From NCBI RefSeq assembly GCF_009914755.1, contig NC_060929.1: DNA of 64,000 bases, one strand, 5' to 3'. The DNA comes from the human T2T-CHM13v2.0 reference genome, Homo sapiens. The first letter of the stretch is position 1. Each line of letters starts with the position of its first letter. The notes beneath the pieces were generated by a model. It was not told the DNA's origin and did no database searches. It was given only the letters and a program-made list of their open reading frames with translations. Below are positions 1 through 12,110 of the stretch, piece after piece. The translations under genes were made by a program, and so were the position numbers.

Positions 1-423
1 CATCCATCTATCACTGAAATCTACTAGGAACGTATTGTCCAGCCTAGAGGAATTAGGAATTAATCTTTTCCAGAGAAAATCTTTTCCATGGTTGAAATCG
101 AAACTGCCCCCAGAGAATAATATTCCTAGGAATATACATAATACAATAAAAACAAAGAGCACAGTTGAATAAATCTATGGTTAGACTGAAGAGTTTTGTT
201 TCATTGAAGTATGTTGCTGGATTAGCTGAATCCTTGCTGTTTAGATTTTCTTTCTGAAATACATTGTAATGATTGCTTCAAATGTTTTATATTCAGACTT
301 GGCCACAGTTATACTATTGAATTAGTTGGATGAATTTTAACCGATTTAAATGCAATTGGGCAAGTAAATAAAATCAATCTTATACCAGTTAGTTAACACT
401 GTGCTAAAAATGTAATTATATGA

Positions 424-498
424 CACAATGTCTTCCACAATGGTTGAGCTAATTTACACTCCCACCAACAGTGTAAAAGCTTTCCTTTTCTTTGCAAC
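424..498 (-). mobile_element. Short internal L1 (L1P-type) ORF2 fragment
   Basis: tcttccacaatggttgagctaatttacactcccaccaacagtgtaaaagc matches the antisense L1 ORF2 3' region and resembles 19160-19225 of the large L1 in this window. No poly-A or TSD is visible. Confidence 0.8.
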
Positions 499-804
499 AA
501 TAGAACTTTGAATGCTAAACTGAAAGAACTTTGATATGATCAGGTCTACCTACCTATCAAGTAAAAATAAAATAAGTTATAACTTTAAATAATTAAAAAT
601 AATTTTGGTACAACATGATGAACTAGTATGTCCCACTTCATCAGATTGGAGTACAAAATAAGGGGATATTTATTTTGAGGTTTCAACTATAATGATTATG
701 ATTTCCCAACTTTCTCAAAATTGGGGGTATGTTATGCCACTTCTCTTTTGAAGCAATGTCTGTCAATCCCTGAGGAATTCTCACTTGTAAATTCCACTAA
801 TATT

Positions 805-1435
805 TGTCCACTCACTAAATACCAGACCTTGTTCCAGGCATTAGGGATAAAAAGGATGCCCTGATTTCATAGAGCTTGCATTTTAGTTGGAAGAAGCAGT
901 CAATAACCCAACAAATCAACAGGATGACCAATAGACAAACAGCAAAAAAATAAGGAGGAAAATGTTAAGTGTTATCTGAGAGCTAAATTTCAGTGATTTG
1001 ATGAACAGTGAGGGGTAGTCAGGGCGGGACTTTCCGAGGGCAGGGCATTTGAGGTGAGGTCTGAAGGAGCGGAAAGCAATCCATTTGGCTGGAGCACAGG
1101 AGCGGAAGTGAAAGTGAGGGAAAAGCAGGGATGGTCCCGGAGAGTCTGGTGGAGATGTAGATTTTAATATTCCTGTGAAGGGAAATCACTGGAGCCTGGC
1201 AAGTAGGGGGAGTGGCATGGTGTGATTAGTAACTTCAAAAGATGTGTTTGTATGGAGAATAGATTGTAGCTGGCAAGATTCGAAACAGGGTGAGCAGTTA
1301 GAAGCTATGAGAATGGTTCAGGTGAGATTCAGAGGGGACTTGGAAAGTGTGAAGCCATGGGGACATGTTCTGTAGGTGTGTTGATTAGACCTGGATAAGG
1401 TGTGGGGGTGAGATTAAGGATGGCTTCTAGATTGC
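805..1435 (-). mobile_element. L2 LINE remnant (3' region)
   Basis: Antisense L2-like motifs: ttgttccaggcattagggata, tcatagagcttgcattttagttgg, gcatttgaggtgaggtctgaagga, gcagttagaagctat, ttaaggatggcttctag. Boundaries approximate. Confidence 0.7.
1022..1189 (+). promoter_or_regulatory. Candidate enhancer: GC box, NF-kB, ETS and ETS-IRF composite motifs
   Basis: GGGCGGG 1022-1028; GGGACTTTCC 1026-1035; CGGAAA 1070-1075; GGAAGTGAAA 1104-1113; GGGAAATCAC 1180-1189. Motif evidence only. Confidence 0.35.
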
Positions 1436-1832
1436 ATCGCCAACACACTTTTAATGCTTTGTGATCCCAGAGATTTCCGGGTCCCCATATGCAGTCAGGC
1501 AATGGTGTTTCCTAAATGTTGCATCTCCTGGTACCAGCTTACTACAGGCACATTTAAAAATTCAATACCCACCTAAACCAAAGTATGCTATTGAACACTT
1601 TTTATTGCAAGTTTGGAATTTCAGCACTTGCTGATGTCTTATCAGGCTCAAAGTTCCCATCCAAAGACCAGGTGGTAGAGGTTGGCTTTTTCATTTTGGC
1701 CAAAAATAAATCTTAGTTCACTCATAATTTTGAGCCTAGAAACCTCACACTTCCAGTCATTTGCTCAGTATAGGTGACCTTTTCCTTTCCAGTTGTCCCT
1801 GCATAATTAACAGGGGTAAATCTGTTTCCTGT

Positions 1833-1902
1833 ATTAGAATCTATAATATGTAATTAGAACAATGTGTAATTAAAACTTCTACAATATATAACTAGAACTT
1901 CT
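1833..1902. repeat. Degenerate short tandem repeat (attagaa...caatatgta-like unit)
   Basis: Recurring taattagaac / taattaaaac / taactagaac and aatatgta / aatgtgta / aatatata words. Confidence 0.5.
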
Positions 1903-3583
1903 CCACCCAGAAAGAGCTATTACAATAGTGAACCCAATATTTTACATATTTGGGGAAAAATTTTAGCTAATAAAGTGCCCTCCAATTTGCATTATACACT
2001 AACTGGTTAATATTCTGCAGCATCCATATATAATCTTATGGTCACTTTATTATGTTCTCAAAGAGCAGGTGGGTATTTGCTTTATTTTACTCTTTTGACT
2101 AAAGCTGTTATTTAATAGGCTTCTCAATGAATGTCTGGCTCATTTTAGAACAAAGATAATCTTCTCTAAAAACAATTTATTCTTAACCTTCAGAAGCCAA
2201 CTCTAACAAGATCCCCATTTTACAATTTCTCACAAATAAAAAAATAAAACAAGTTGAAATTACTCTTTTTTGATTGCTCCTCCATTTATAATTTTTGTAC
2301 CATCATCAAAGGAAGAATTGAGAAGAGCAAGACAATAGCCTGTATAAATGTTTGAGTCTTTAGTGAAAAGTGGAGATTATGTGGTCCAGATACCATCCAC
2401 AGCTGTGATTTTGTTGAAGATGGTTCAAATCACCTGAAGAGTTGTTTCAAGTATACATGTTTCTCTCGCCTCCATGAGAACCACTAATTTACAGTCGACT
2501 ATATCATAGAAAAGGCGCAAGTGCATTAAATTTTGCAAAGCTATCTTTATAAATTCTAATTAATCATGAAAGAATGAGTCATAGAAGTAAGGTGCAAGGG
2601 ACACTGTTATATAATTCACATGATAACTGATTTTGATAGTTTCTTTTATGTAGAACTTGTTTATATAAGAAACAGAATTTTATGACTCTTAGATATACAA
2701 GTGATCTTTGCACATTTAATGCCTTTTGGGTATAGTAGGCAACCAAAGAGTTCTTAGTAAGTTCAAATAATGTGTTTCTCTGTAGAATAAGGAAAATACA
2801 CATAGCAAATTAAACATTTAAGATTCTAAGTTCTTTATGCAGCTTTCATTTTCCTTGGATGTTCATTGCTACATATCTTAAAACAAGCAGGACTCTCAAA
2901 ATTGAGTAGAGAAAGAATCAGGAAATTTTCCATGGAGAAGAATGGTGTCACTGAGGTGTGGCAATGGCTCTCAAGTATGCTTTCTCTACGGGCTCACAGG
3001 AACATGTGTTGTCTTTGCCTCCCTTCTTTCTCTGTCAGAACAATAGAAATATTGGCAAATGTTCCCAGAAAATTCTAGCAAATTCTCTCTACTACAAAAA
3101 TGGCCTTTAGAGAAAATAACTGTGAAAAGTAGGAAGTTATGAGAAGACAAATTTGAACAGTCCAATGTGCTTTTGTTTGTTATAATTAGCTGTGTGAACT
3201 GGACCTTTCACTTTATAAAATAAGAGCATTCAGTTGGGCAATATTCTTCACAGACACGTTCACTTTATGTTTCCATCAAAGTCTCAGAGCTATCACCACT
3301 TACTGTAACTCTTTTTCAAATTTCAGAGATTAAAGTCATTTGAAAACACAAATAAGGTAGCTTGGGAGATGTTCCTGGATTTCCATAACATCCATTCTTA
3401 CTTCTTTAAGCTGTAGATTCTTAGGCACACATTCCCACTGCCTCATTATTCTACTGGCAGCTAAAGCAAAGTGCTACTTCCAATGCAAGAAGCCAGCCAG
3501 GAAGCCCACCTGCTCATTCTTTCTCACAGTAATATTTCTTCCATATTCTGGCTTTGAACCTTTTCGACTACTTGACTATCTGA

Positions 3584-3871
<288 letters not shown>

Positions 3872-6800
3872 TAAGACTTTGGAAGAATTGTCTCTCTTTC
3901 TACATGAGTTGATCTGCTTTTTCCTGAAGGCCTCTGCCACCCAGCAGTCCTTGTTTTGTATATGAATGACATATAGAGACACTCAAAGGAGGGACTTGAC
4001 CCATATTTTCCAAGATATTTTCAATCTTCCTCCTCTTTCAGCACAGAATACTATGGGCAAGAGCAGCTCCATTTTGCCCCCTATTTAAAACAGAAAAAAA
4101 AAATGATTTTCCCCAAAACGAATTTGTTTTATTGAAACTCATTTCCTCTGTTAATTTTCAATGATACATGTTTACTTATAATTTAAAAATGAAAAAAGGA
4201 TGTATAAAATTCTGGGAAAATAAAAATTTCACTATTTTGCTCCAAAATGCTTTTTATCTCTCTCTAGTGTTACTAATGCTTTTACCTTAGGTTTCTACAT
4301 TGATGTTATGGACGCTATGCTTTTGTCTGAGAAAATTTTCCTCAGGGAAAATCCTTAACATCCAAATTCATGGGCCTCTCTAATAAAGTGCATGGCCAGG
4401 TGAAAGGTGAAATGAATCATAGCATGCCTGCGGCATTCAGTCAACAGCATGGGAAGCTGTGCCAACTGTGGGCCAGCTGGCTTCGCCTACACACTCTTCC
4501 CCTCATACAAACGGACAGATTTGATACTGTTCTAGCTGTGAGTCCAGGCAGTTCTATGATAAAGTGAATTCATGAAGACACTCTTATCTCAAAACCAACA
4601 ACTCCATGTATTCACTCCAACATCTGAGAAAGAACTGAAATCTTGGAATATTTTTCACGGGGTAGGCAAGTTTTGGGGATGCTTCAGCTAATCATGGAGG
4701 CACCTTGAGGTCAAATACAAAGGGGTGATGCCCCAGACTTCTTTCTAATCTGTCAAACTTCTGAATCTGGAAAATCCAGCGATGCTAATCCATGGGCTCA
4801 GTAATCTGAAGGGATTTGGGGAACTTGAGAATCAGCAGCCATTATTTTTAAGTGTTTCATTGTCTTCCTTCTTTCAGGCAAAATAGAATAACTAATGGAA
4901 ACACAAGTCTTTCCACCTCATCAAATCCAACTCATAAATAGAAAGTATCTGGTATTCTAGCCCTAAAGATTTGGGATTCTTGAGACATTTGGATAACCCT
5001 AATGTCTGGTTAATACAGCCTATGGCAACCTATAATCAGGTCAGTTGAAGCTATATTAAACTGCACTGATACTGTCATCCCTGAAATTTACAAGTTTTCC
5101 ATAGACTTGTGTATAGACATAATCCTTTAAACTATTTGCGCATTACAAAAGATTATAACCATGATTTTATGACATAAAAAGAAATTTGAGTTTTGGTGTA
5201 TGGTGTAGTAACCTCACCTTTATAACAGCTGATTATTAATTTGCATGTAGAAAAATCAGACTAACTGGAATCTTCCAGGTTCCATGAGAATAAGTATGGG
5301 CAAAGTATCTTTCTCAGCTATAAATTGGTTCTTCATTAGACTTTCTCTTCCTCTAACTCAAAGACAAATATCCTAATAAACAAATTCCTGTGTCGATATT
5401 TTTATAATTTTTAACACATTTAGCAGCAGAATAACTAAATGGATTTAAGACTTCGTTGAAAATTATTGTCAAAAATCTGTAAGAATAAATCATGTTTGCT
5501 TCATTTTCTAAAGCTCAGGTCCATAATACATGGTATTCTAATTAACCTATATGATCAAGGCAGCCCAAAGAAACTTGCCCCAGACTTGATGAGGAAATTG
5601 AATTCCAGTTAAGGTTCTCTTTTCCAGAGACCTCTTTGCATGGCAGAGAACTGAATAGTAGCAGGAGGAATAGTTTGGATATGGAGGGAGTGAGTTCAGT
5701 AAGTTTTACTTGGAGCCCAGGGAATTTGTTCTCTGAGTCTTTCATGTGTGTTGATGGAATGGGGCTGGGTCAAGGCTGCTAGGGCCTTTCACAGAAGGGG
5801 AATTCAGAGTGTTCACAGCTGGATGGTTATGATATATGAGTGAGGACAGTGGAGAACAGCTGGAATATTATTGCTATTTATCCAGACTCTCAAAAATATA
5901 TCTGTGACAAAGAAGCCCACTTTTCTCCCAAATAAGAAGAATAGAGAAATGTTAGAGATGGAGATGATTCGTGTGCATGCTTTCCACTAAAATTTTTCAA
6001 AGTTTAACAAGTTTTTTGTGTGTAGCCTTGCAGAAAAAGACATTGTAGTTGACGTGGAAAGACAAACAAGGTTAATGGTGGTCGTATAAATACTCTGGGA
6101 GAACAAAAAACAACACAAAAAATTAAGCAAGTTTCAAACATGTCTCAATATTCTTATCATAGGAGGTGAATAATAAAGGATATATTTAAAAATCAGGAAT
6201 TCAGATGCACTTCAAATCACTCTCAAAGGTTAAATGCCTCAATGGTGTTAGCTCCCTAACTTAACGATGCCGATTTTCCTGTAAAACTTCAAGAATTTTC
6301 TTTTTATCTTTAACATTAGGAGAAATAACATATTTATAGGCTTGCACTTTTAACTTATTTAGACCTGGTTTCAGAAGAGAAGACAAATCATCTCTCCCCC
6401 GATCCAGGGTTTTGATCAAGGCCCATAATTCAAAAACAACCTTGGTTCTACTTGTTTCTCAGGGCCTTTTAGTACCATGTCTGGCTAGTAACTGGATGAC
6501 TTGAGCATGCATTATCCAGCCCCCTGTGTCCTTAAAGCCATCTTAGACTGGGTTAGGCATGTAGTTATACAGCTGCTGGTTTCCACTGCAGGAAGTGGGT
6601 ACGTTTAGAGGGAGGACTAAAGTGAGATGCATGTCTAATTTCTTTACTAGGCTGTAAACAACTTTGAGATATTTCAGGACAAAAGATAGTATTTAAAGGT
6701 AAGATATTATAAAGAGTGGCAATAATAGTAATGATAGTAATTAGTGTTATAATAAAATACAAAGGAAATGAGAAAAATGTATCTTTAATAATCTGAAGTT

Positions 6801-6934
6801 AACTTGACAAACCAAACAAAATAAGTAAGTGAAATAAGCTTTTTGCTTGTTCTTTGGAATTGATAATGACTTGCCCACTGTTTATATTTAGGACTTTGCA
6901 GGAGCTCTGTGAAAGCTACCACGTGATACAAAGG

Positions 6935-6938
<4 letters not shown>

Positions 6939-6968
<30 letters not shown>
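6939..6968. repeat. (AT)15 microsatellite
   Basis: Seen directly. Confidence 0.98.
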
Positions 6969-6970
<2 letters not shown>

Positions 6971-8207
6971 TTCCTATATGTCTTCAGTACGTTGAATCTA
7001 GCTTCAGCATTTATTAAAAAGAAATACAACTTGTCAGGGTACAGTGTGTAAACCTACAGGCTGTCAATTGACAAGAAAAAAAGTACTTTTTCTCTTCTAG
7101 CCATTCTTCCTCTTTTTATGTGGGGACAAAAGAAGATGCTGTGTTGGCAAGAATTTGAAGGGCACATGGGTTATATCTGATCACCTTTCCTTGCAGGTAC
7201 TTCTAATTAAAGTGAGATTTGGAAAATATAGATTCTCTTTGGTGATACACAGATAACGAACTAGCAAACAGAGCTTTTAAATCTAGAGGTGTGTCCAGAA
7301 GGTCATGTAGGTTCCCAGGTGTTCGTGGCCTCAAAGGCGGAAACTGCCCTATGGAAATATTCTCAAAGGATGGTGAAGATAAGTTAATAATAACAATGTG
7401 TGTTTACCATAGATGGAGGGGCCTTTCAAAGCCCCAAGTTCTCTTCCTCTGACACATATGCATTTGTGTATGGAGTGTGTGTTGTTCCTCTCATCCATGT
7501 GACCAGACGCTCCGGTAGATATTAACAGCAGGAAATGCAAGGTGTGAGTGTCCAGAGTGGGTGGTGCTGGCATTGGACAGAGCAAACCTTTGAGAAGCAG
7601 GAAACTCTTCCAGGAAGCAGGAGGCTGGGAAATGCCTGTGTCTTCGCTGTTTTGTTTGTAAAGGGCTGTCTTGAGTCATCTAACGGTTGGAGTTTTCTCC
7701 TGAAGGAGGAAGTAGGCTTTAGACAAAGCGAGGATTGATTTGTGTTATGCTCTTGCTTCAGAAAGGAATTAGAAATTATTTTCTTCTCAGGGAGGAATGA
7801 TTTGGCTCACAGTGAAATGTACACCACAGATAAGGTGATGAAGTTGGATCTGCTGTTTTTATTGTATTGGGAGTTTCCTCTCAGCTTTAGATAGGGGTTT
7901 CTGTGGGTTATAGAGCTTGAAGAGAATTACCAAGAGACTAGAGATCAGTATACCTATTATATTTACTAATTTATTCATTTATTCACAGAACAAACATGTA
8001 TTTAATACTTAATATAAAATGGTCAGCATGTTACTTCAAAATTATATGGAAGTATGAATAATTCTGAACCATTTTCTATTTGAAATTTGTTAAGATTATG
8101 ACACTGTGACATACGAAGTAATTAGATTTTAGAAATAAAGAACATTTGTCACTAATATTTTTCAGTAACTTTTGTATTCCCATTAATATATTATGTACCT
8201 TTATATA

Positions 8208-9416
8208 CAATCATGTGCTACATAATGGCACTTTGGTCAATGATGGGCTGCATCTATAACTGTGGTCCCACAAAATTAAAATGGAGTTTAAAAATTCGAG
8301 GGAAGCCATAGCCGTTGTAATGTCATAGCACAACACATTACTCACTTGGCTGCAGTGATGTTGGTGTAAACAAAGCTACTGCACTGTCAGTCACATAAAT
8401 GTAGAGCACATACAATTATGTGCAGTACATAATACTAGATAATGATGATAAACAACTACGTTGCTGATTTACATATTTACTATGTCATATTGTTATTGTT
8501 ATTTTATAACAATATTCCCCGTATACTCCTTCTACTTACAGAAAAATAGAAGTTAACTGTAAAACAGCCTCAGGCGGGTTCTTCAGGAGGTATCTAGAAG
8601 AGGGCATTGTTCTCACAGGAGATGACAGCTCCATGTGTGTGATTGCCCCGAGGACCTTCCAGTGGGACAAGATGTAGAGGTGGAAGACAGGGATACTGAA
8701 GATTCTGACCTTGTGTAGGCCTAGGCTAATGTGTGTTTGTGTCTTAGTTTTTAACACAAAGTTTAACAAGTAAAAAAAAAAAATTTTAAATCTAAAAAGC
8801 TTATAAAATAAATATACAAAGGAAGAACGTATTTTTGTGTTTGTGTTTTAAGCTAAGTGATATTACAAAAATGTCAAAAAGTTAAATAGTTGAAAAGTTT
8901 AGAAAGTAAAAAGTTACAGTTAGCTAAGATTAATTTATTATTGAAGAAAGAAAAAATATTTTTTTAATAAATTTAGTGTGGCCTAAGTGTTTATAAGGTC
9001 TATAGTAGTATACAGTAATGTCCTAGGCCTTTACATTCACTCACCACTCACTCACTCACTCAGCCAGAGCAACTTCCAGTCCTGCAAGCTCCATTCATGG
9101 TCAATGTTCTATGTAGGTATACCACTTTTGATCTTTTTTTTTAAGCCATATTTTTACTGTACCTTTTCTATGTTTAAATATGTTTAGATATACTAATACT
9201 TACCATTGTGCTATAATTGCCTACAGTATTCAGTACATAACATTCTGTACAGGGTTGTAACCCAGGAGTAATAGGCTATACCATACAGCCTACGTGTGTA
9301 GTAGGCTGTGCCATCTAGGTTTGTGTAAGTACACTCTACGATGTTTGCATAATGATGAAATCACCTAATGGTGCATTTCTCAGAACATTTCTCCATCGTC
9401 AAGTGACACATGACTG
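8208..9416 (+). mobile_element. Tigger3b-like (TcMar-Tigger/Golem) non-autonomous DNA transposon, ~1.2 kb
   Basis: Imperfect TIRs caatcatgtgctacataa and tcaagtgacacatgactg, preceded by TA. Internal sequence (ggtcccacaaaattaaaatggag, gagcaacttccagtcctgcaagctccattcatgg) matches the recalled Tigger3b consensus. Confidence 0.9.
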
Positions 9417-9419
9417 TCT

Positions 9420-9990
9420 ATGATCTCCTTTAATCTTCCTTTAATCCTCATCCAGTAGCGGTAACTACTACTATCCTTATTTTAGAGATGAAGAAAAGAG
9501 GCTTACAGAGGTTGTTTCACTTTGTTAGAGCTGCCACAATAAAATACCATTAACTGGGTGGCTTAAAATACAGAAATTTATTTTCTCAAAGTTCTGGAGG
9601 CTGGAAGCCCCATCAAGATATTGGCACAGTTGGCTTCTTCTGAGGCCTCTCTCTTTGACTTGTGTATCTGTGTCAAAGTTTTCCCTGTGTATCTGTGTCC
9701 AAGTTTCCTCTTTCTACTAGGACACCAGTCATAATGGAGTAGATCTACCCTAGTTACCTCATTTAACTTTAATCACCTCTTTAAAGGCCCTCTCTCCAAA
9801 TACAGTCATATTCTAGGGTTTTAGGGATTAGGACTTCAACACATGATTTTTTTTTTTTTTTTTTTTTTTGGTTGCGGGTTGTGGCACAGTTCAGTTCATA
9901 ACAGGTTAAAATGTTTCAAGATCACATAGAGAGTAAGACAAGGGTAAGCCAGGACATGCAATTCCCTCCTTTCCTCTTCATAAGCCTTAG
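9420..9990 (-). mobile_element. MIR SINE interrupted by an MLT1 LTR
   Basis: atccttattttagagatgaagaaaagaggcttacagaggt resumes after the LTR as ggttaaaatgtttcaagatcacatag. Confidence 0.65.
9513..9903 (-). mobile_element. MLT1A/B MaLR solo LTR
   Basis: TG...CA ends; ctgggtggcttaaaatacagaaatttattttctcaaagttctggaggctggaag. Contains an internal ~25-bp tandem duplication (9661-9710) and a T-run at ~9846-9869. aggtt occurs at both junctions. Confidence 0.88.
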
Positions 9991-10029
9991 AGTGACCTTA
10001 AATAATAGTGCTTTCCCTGTTTCCCTGGC

Positions 10030-10450
10030 TAGTCTTTATTGCACACCTGTTATGTGCCAGGCACTGCTACAAATGCTGAGGGTAGAGAGCTCCTTCCCTT
10101 ATGGAGATTGCTATGTTGTGGACGAGCCAGCCAAGAAGTAAGTTAGCAAACACTCATGTGAGGCAACTCCATAAATACAGTAAGTACCACACAGGAAATA
10201 AATAGGGCAATGTAACAAAACATGACTAGGTGGGGTGAGGAGATGGGAGGCCACTTTGGAGAAGGAGAGTCCCAAAAGTCTTCTCTAGAAAGGTAATCTT
10301 GAGCTGGAAACCTAGGAGAGGGGAAGGTGCCAGCCCTGGGTCAAGGGTGGGGAAAAGTTTTACTGCAGAGGGGAGGGAAAAATGCAAAGGCCCTGCATAG
10401 TGACAGAGCAGGCCTGGTTGTGTGAGAAGACCTGTGCTATGTAGGTGACT
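10030..10450 (-). mobile_element. L2 remnant
   Basis: tttattgcacacctgttatgtgccaggcactg and aaatgcaaaggccctg are L2 antisense motifs. Confidence 0.7.
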
Positions 10451-10507
10451 TTCCATGCTGCCCAGCAGAGGCATTATTGATAGCAAACTTAGAAAGCAGA
10501 GTTGACC

Positions 10508-10720
10508 ATTGTAGTTTAAGAAGCTGTGAAGCCCTGGGTTCTAATCTCAGCTTCAGCCCCTACTAGCTGTGAAACCTGAAAGGGCACTATCTGTGTCTGA
10601 GCCTTAGCTTCCTCAAGATAGAGGAGGAGAATATGGGTAGAGCAACACACAGTATCCACCTGCCTTGGCCTCGAGCTTGTCATGATGCACGTATGAGATA
10701 ATATGCATGACAGTGCTTTT
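10508..10720 (+). mobile_element. MIR SINE
   Basis: ctgggttctaatctcagcttcagcccctactagctgtgaaacctg...gagccttagcttcctc. Confidence 0.7.
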
Positions 10721-10773
10721 CAGACTGAAAATGAAGTGTCACAGAGAAGACCTGGAGTCATTGTTTCAACATG

Positions 10774-10777
10774 TCTG

Positions 10778-10827
<50 letters not shown>

Positions 10828-10908
10828 CATCCATGTGTCTGTCTGTCCATCCATCCATCCATCAATCCATCCATCCTTCCATCCATCCAATCTATCTAGC
10901 TACCTAGC
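10774..10908. repeat. Compound STR: (TCTA)12 followed by degenerate (TCCA)n
   Basis: Perfect TCTA run 10778-10825, then interrupted TCCA/TCTG units. Confidence 0.97.
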
Positions 10909-11419
10909 TACCTGTTTTTCCCCCAACTTTTACCTAAATGTAATCAAAACTCAAGTAGAACTCAAAGCATTCTACTTTATGAAGTGACTAAAATCATTTG
11001 TCATGGCAAAATTATACGAAGTTAAGTAGGTCATTTCCTTTCACTCATTAAACAACTCAAAGTGAAATTAGTTATTTTTGTTTATAGAGAGGCTCATGGA
11101 GTGTGTTGCATATTCTCTTTGAGAACTCAAGCATGAGCAGGCATGCCCTGACTGGCCAGCAAGTAGGGGTGAGGGTGGGGGTGGAGGTGGCTGTTTAGGG
11201 CGTCATTTACAGGAAGGTCCACAGAGTCCTAAGAGAGTAGCGTTAAAGGATAACTTTAGGTTGACATCCACACCTCCATATTTTATAGCTAAGACCCCCA
11301 AGATACAGGGAAACAGTTCTCACTCTTGATGATCTGGGCACTCCTTTATCATAACAAGGAATAAACCACTCAGAGGAGAGAAAGCAGCAGGTGCACAATC
11401 ATTAAATCCTTCCTGTCTC

Positions 11420-11790
11420 CATGCCTTTGCACACGCCGTTTCCTCTCTTTAGAATGCTCTCTCCAGAGTCATTCACGTGCTGGTTCCTTCTCATCAGTCC
11501 TTCCCTAGCTCAAATGGAATTCATCAGGGAAGCCTTTCTTCACCACCCAGTTCATCCTTTCTCCTCACCAAAATCACTTTCTATCCTTTCCTCTTTTTCT
11601 GTTTGCCTTCACAGCATTTATCACTCCAAATGTGTCTCAAATATTTATTTAACTTTTTTTTTTACTGTCTTACCCAAACCAGACAACAAATTCTATGGGA
11701 GCAGGGAAACTACCAAGTTAATCACTGCATCCCATTGTCTGAATCAAAGATGTTGGTCATTACATCGCCTGTGAATCAATGAAGGGATGA
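11420..11790 (+). mobile_element. L2 3' remnant
   Basis: gcctttgcacacgccgtttcctctctttagaatgctct...agggaagcctttct...; ends in a tgaatcaatgaa tail-like motif. Confidence 0.7.
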
Positions 11791-11959
11791 CTACTTTTAG
11801 GTAAAGCTGGGTACTGGGGAAGGGGTTAATTCTGTGAACAGTACATTTTTACTTAAATTCTATTCTAGCCTTGGGTTCCGGGGACTTGGTTTCCAGGAGA
11901 AAAGAGATACAGAGTTGCTGTAGGAAAGCTAATTAATTGTAGACGAAAGCCTACAATTG

Positions 11960-12110
11960 TAGAAGAAATCTCAACCTCTCCATGTCTCAGTCTCAGCAAA
12001 AAAAGACTGGAAATAATAATAGTAACTTGCAGGATTGTTGGAAAGATTAGTGAAGTAATGTTTTCAAAGCACATGGCATGAAGATCAATAAACGGCATCA
12101 GTTATTGTTA
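11960..12110 (+). mobile_element. MIR SINE fragment
   Basis: tcaacctctccatgtctcagtctc...aataataatagtaacttgcaggattgttggaaagattagtga. Confidence 0.6.

Noticed and set aside
120-135. Perfect 16-bp palindrome ATATTCCTAGGAATAT
   Set aside because: About one or two 8-bp-arm palindromes are expected by chance in 64 kb of AT-rich DNA.
10703-10987. ORFs with SIYL/IYLS repeats (also 15835-16026 and 32485-32913)
   Set aside because: They are read-through of GATA/TCTA microsatellites.
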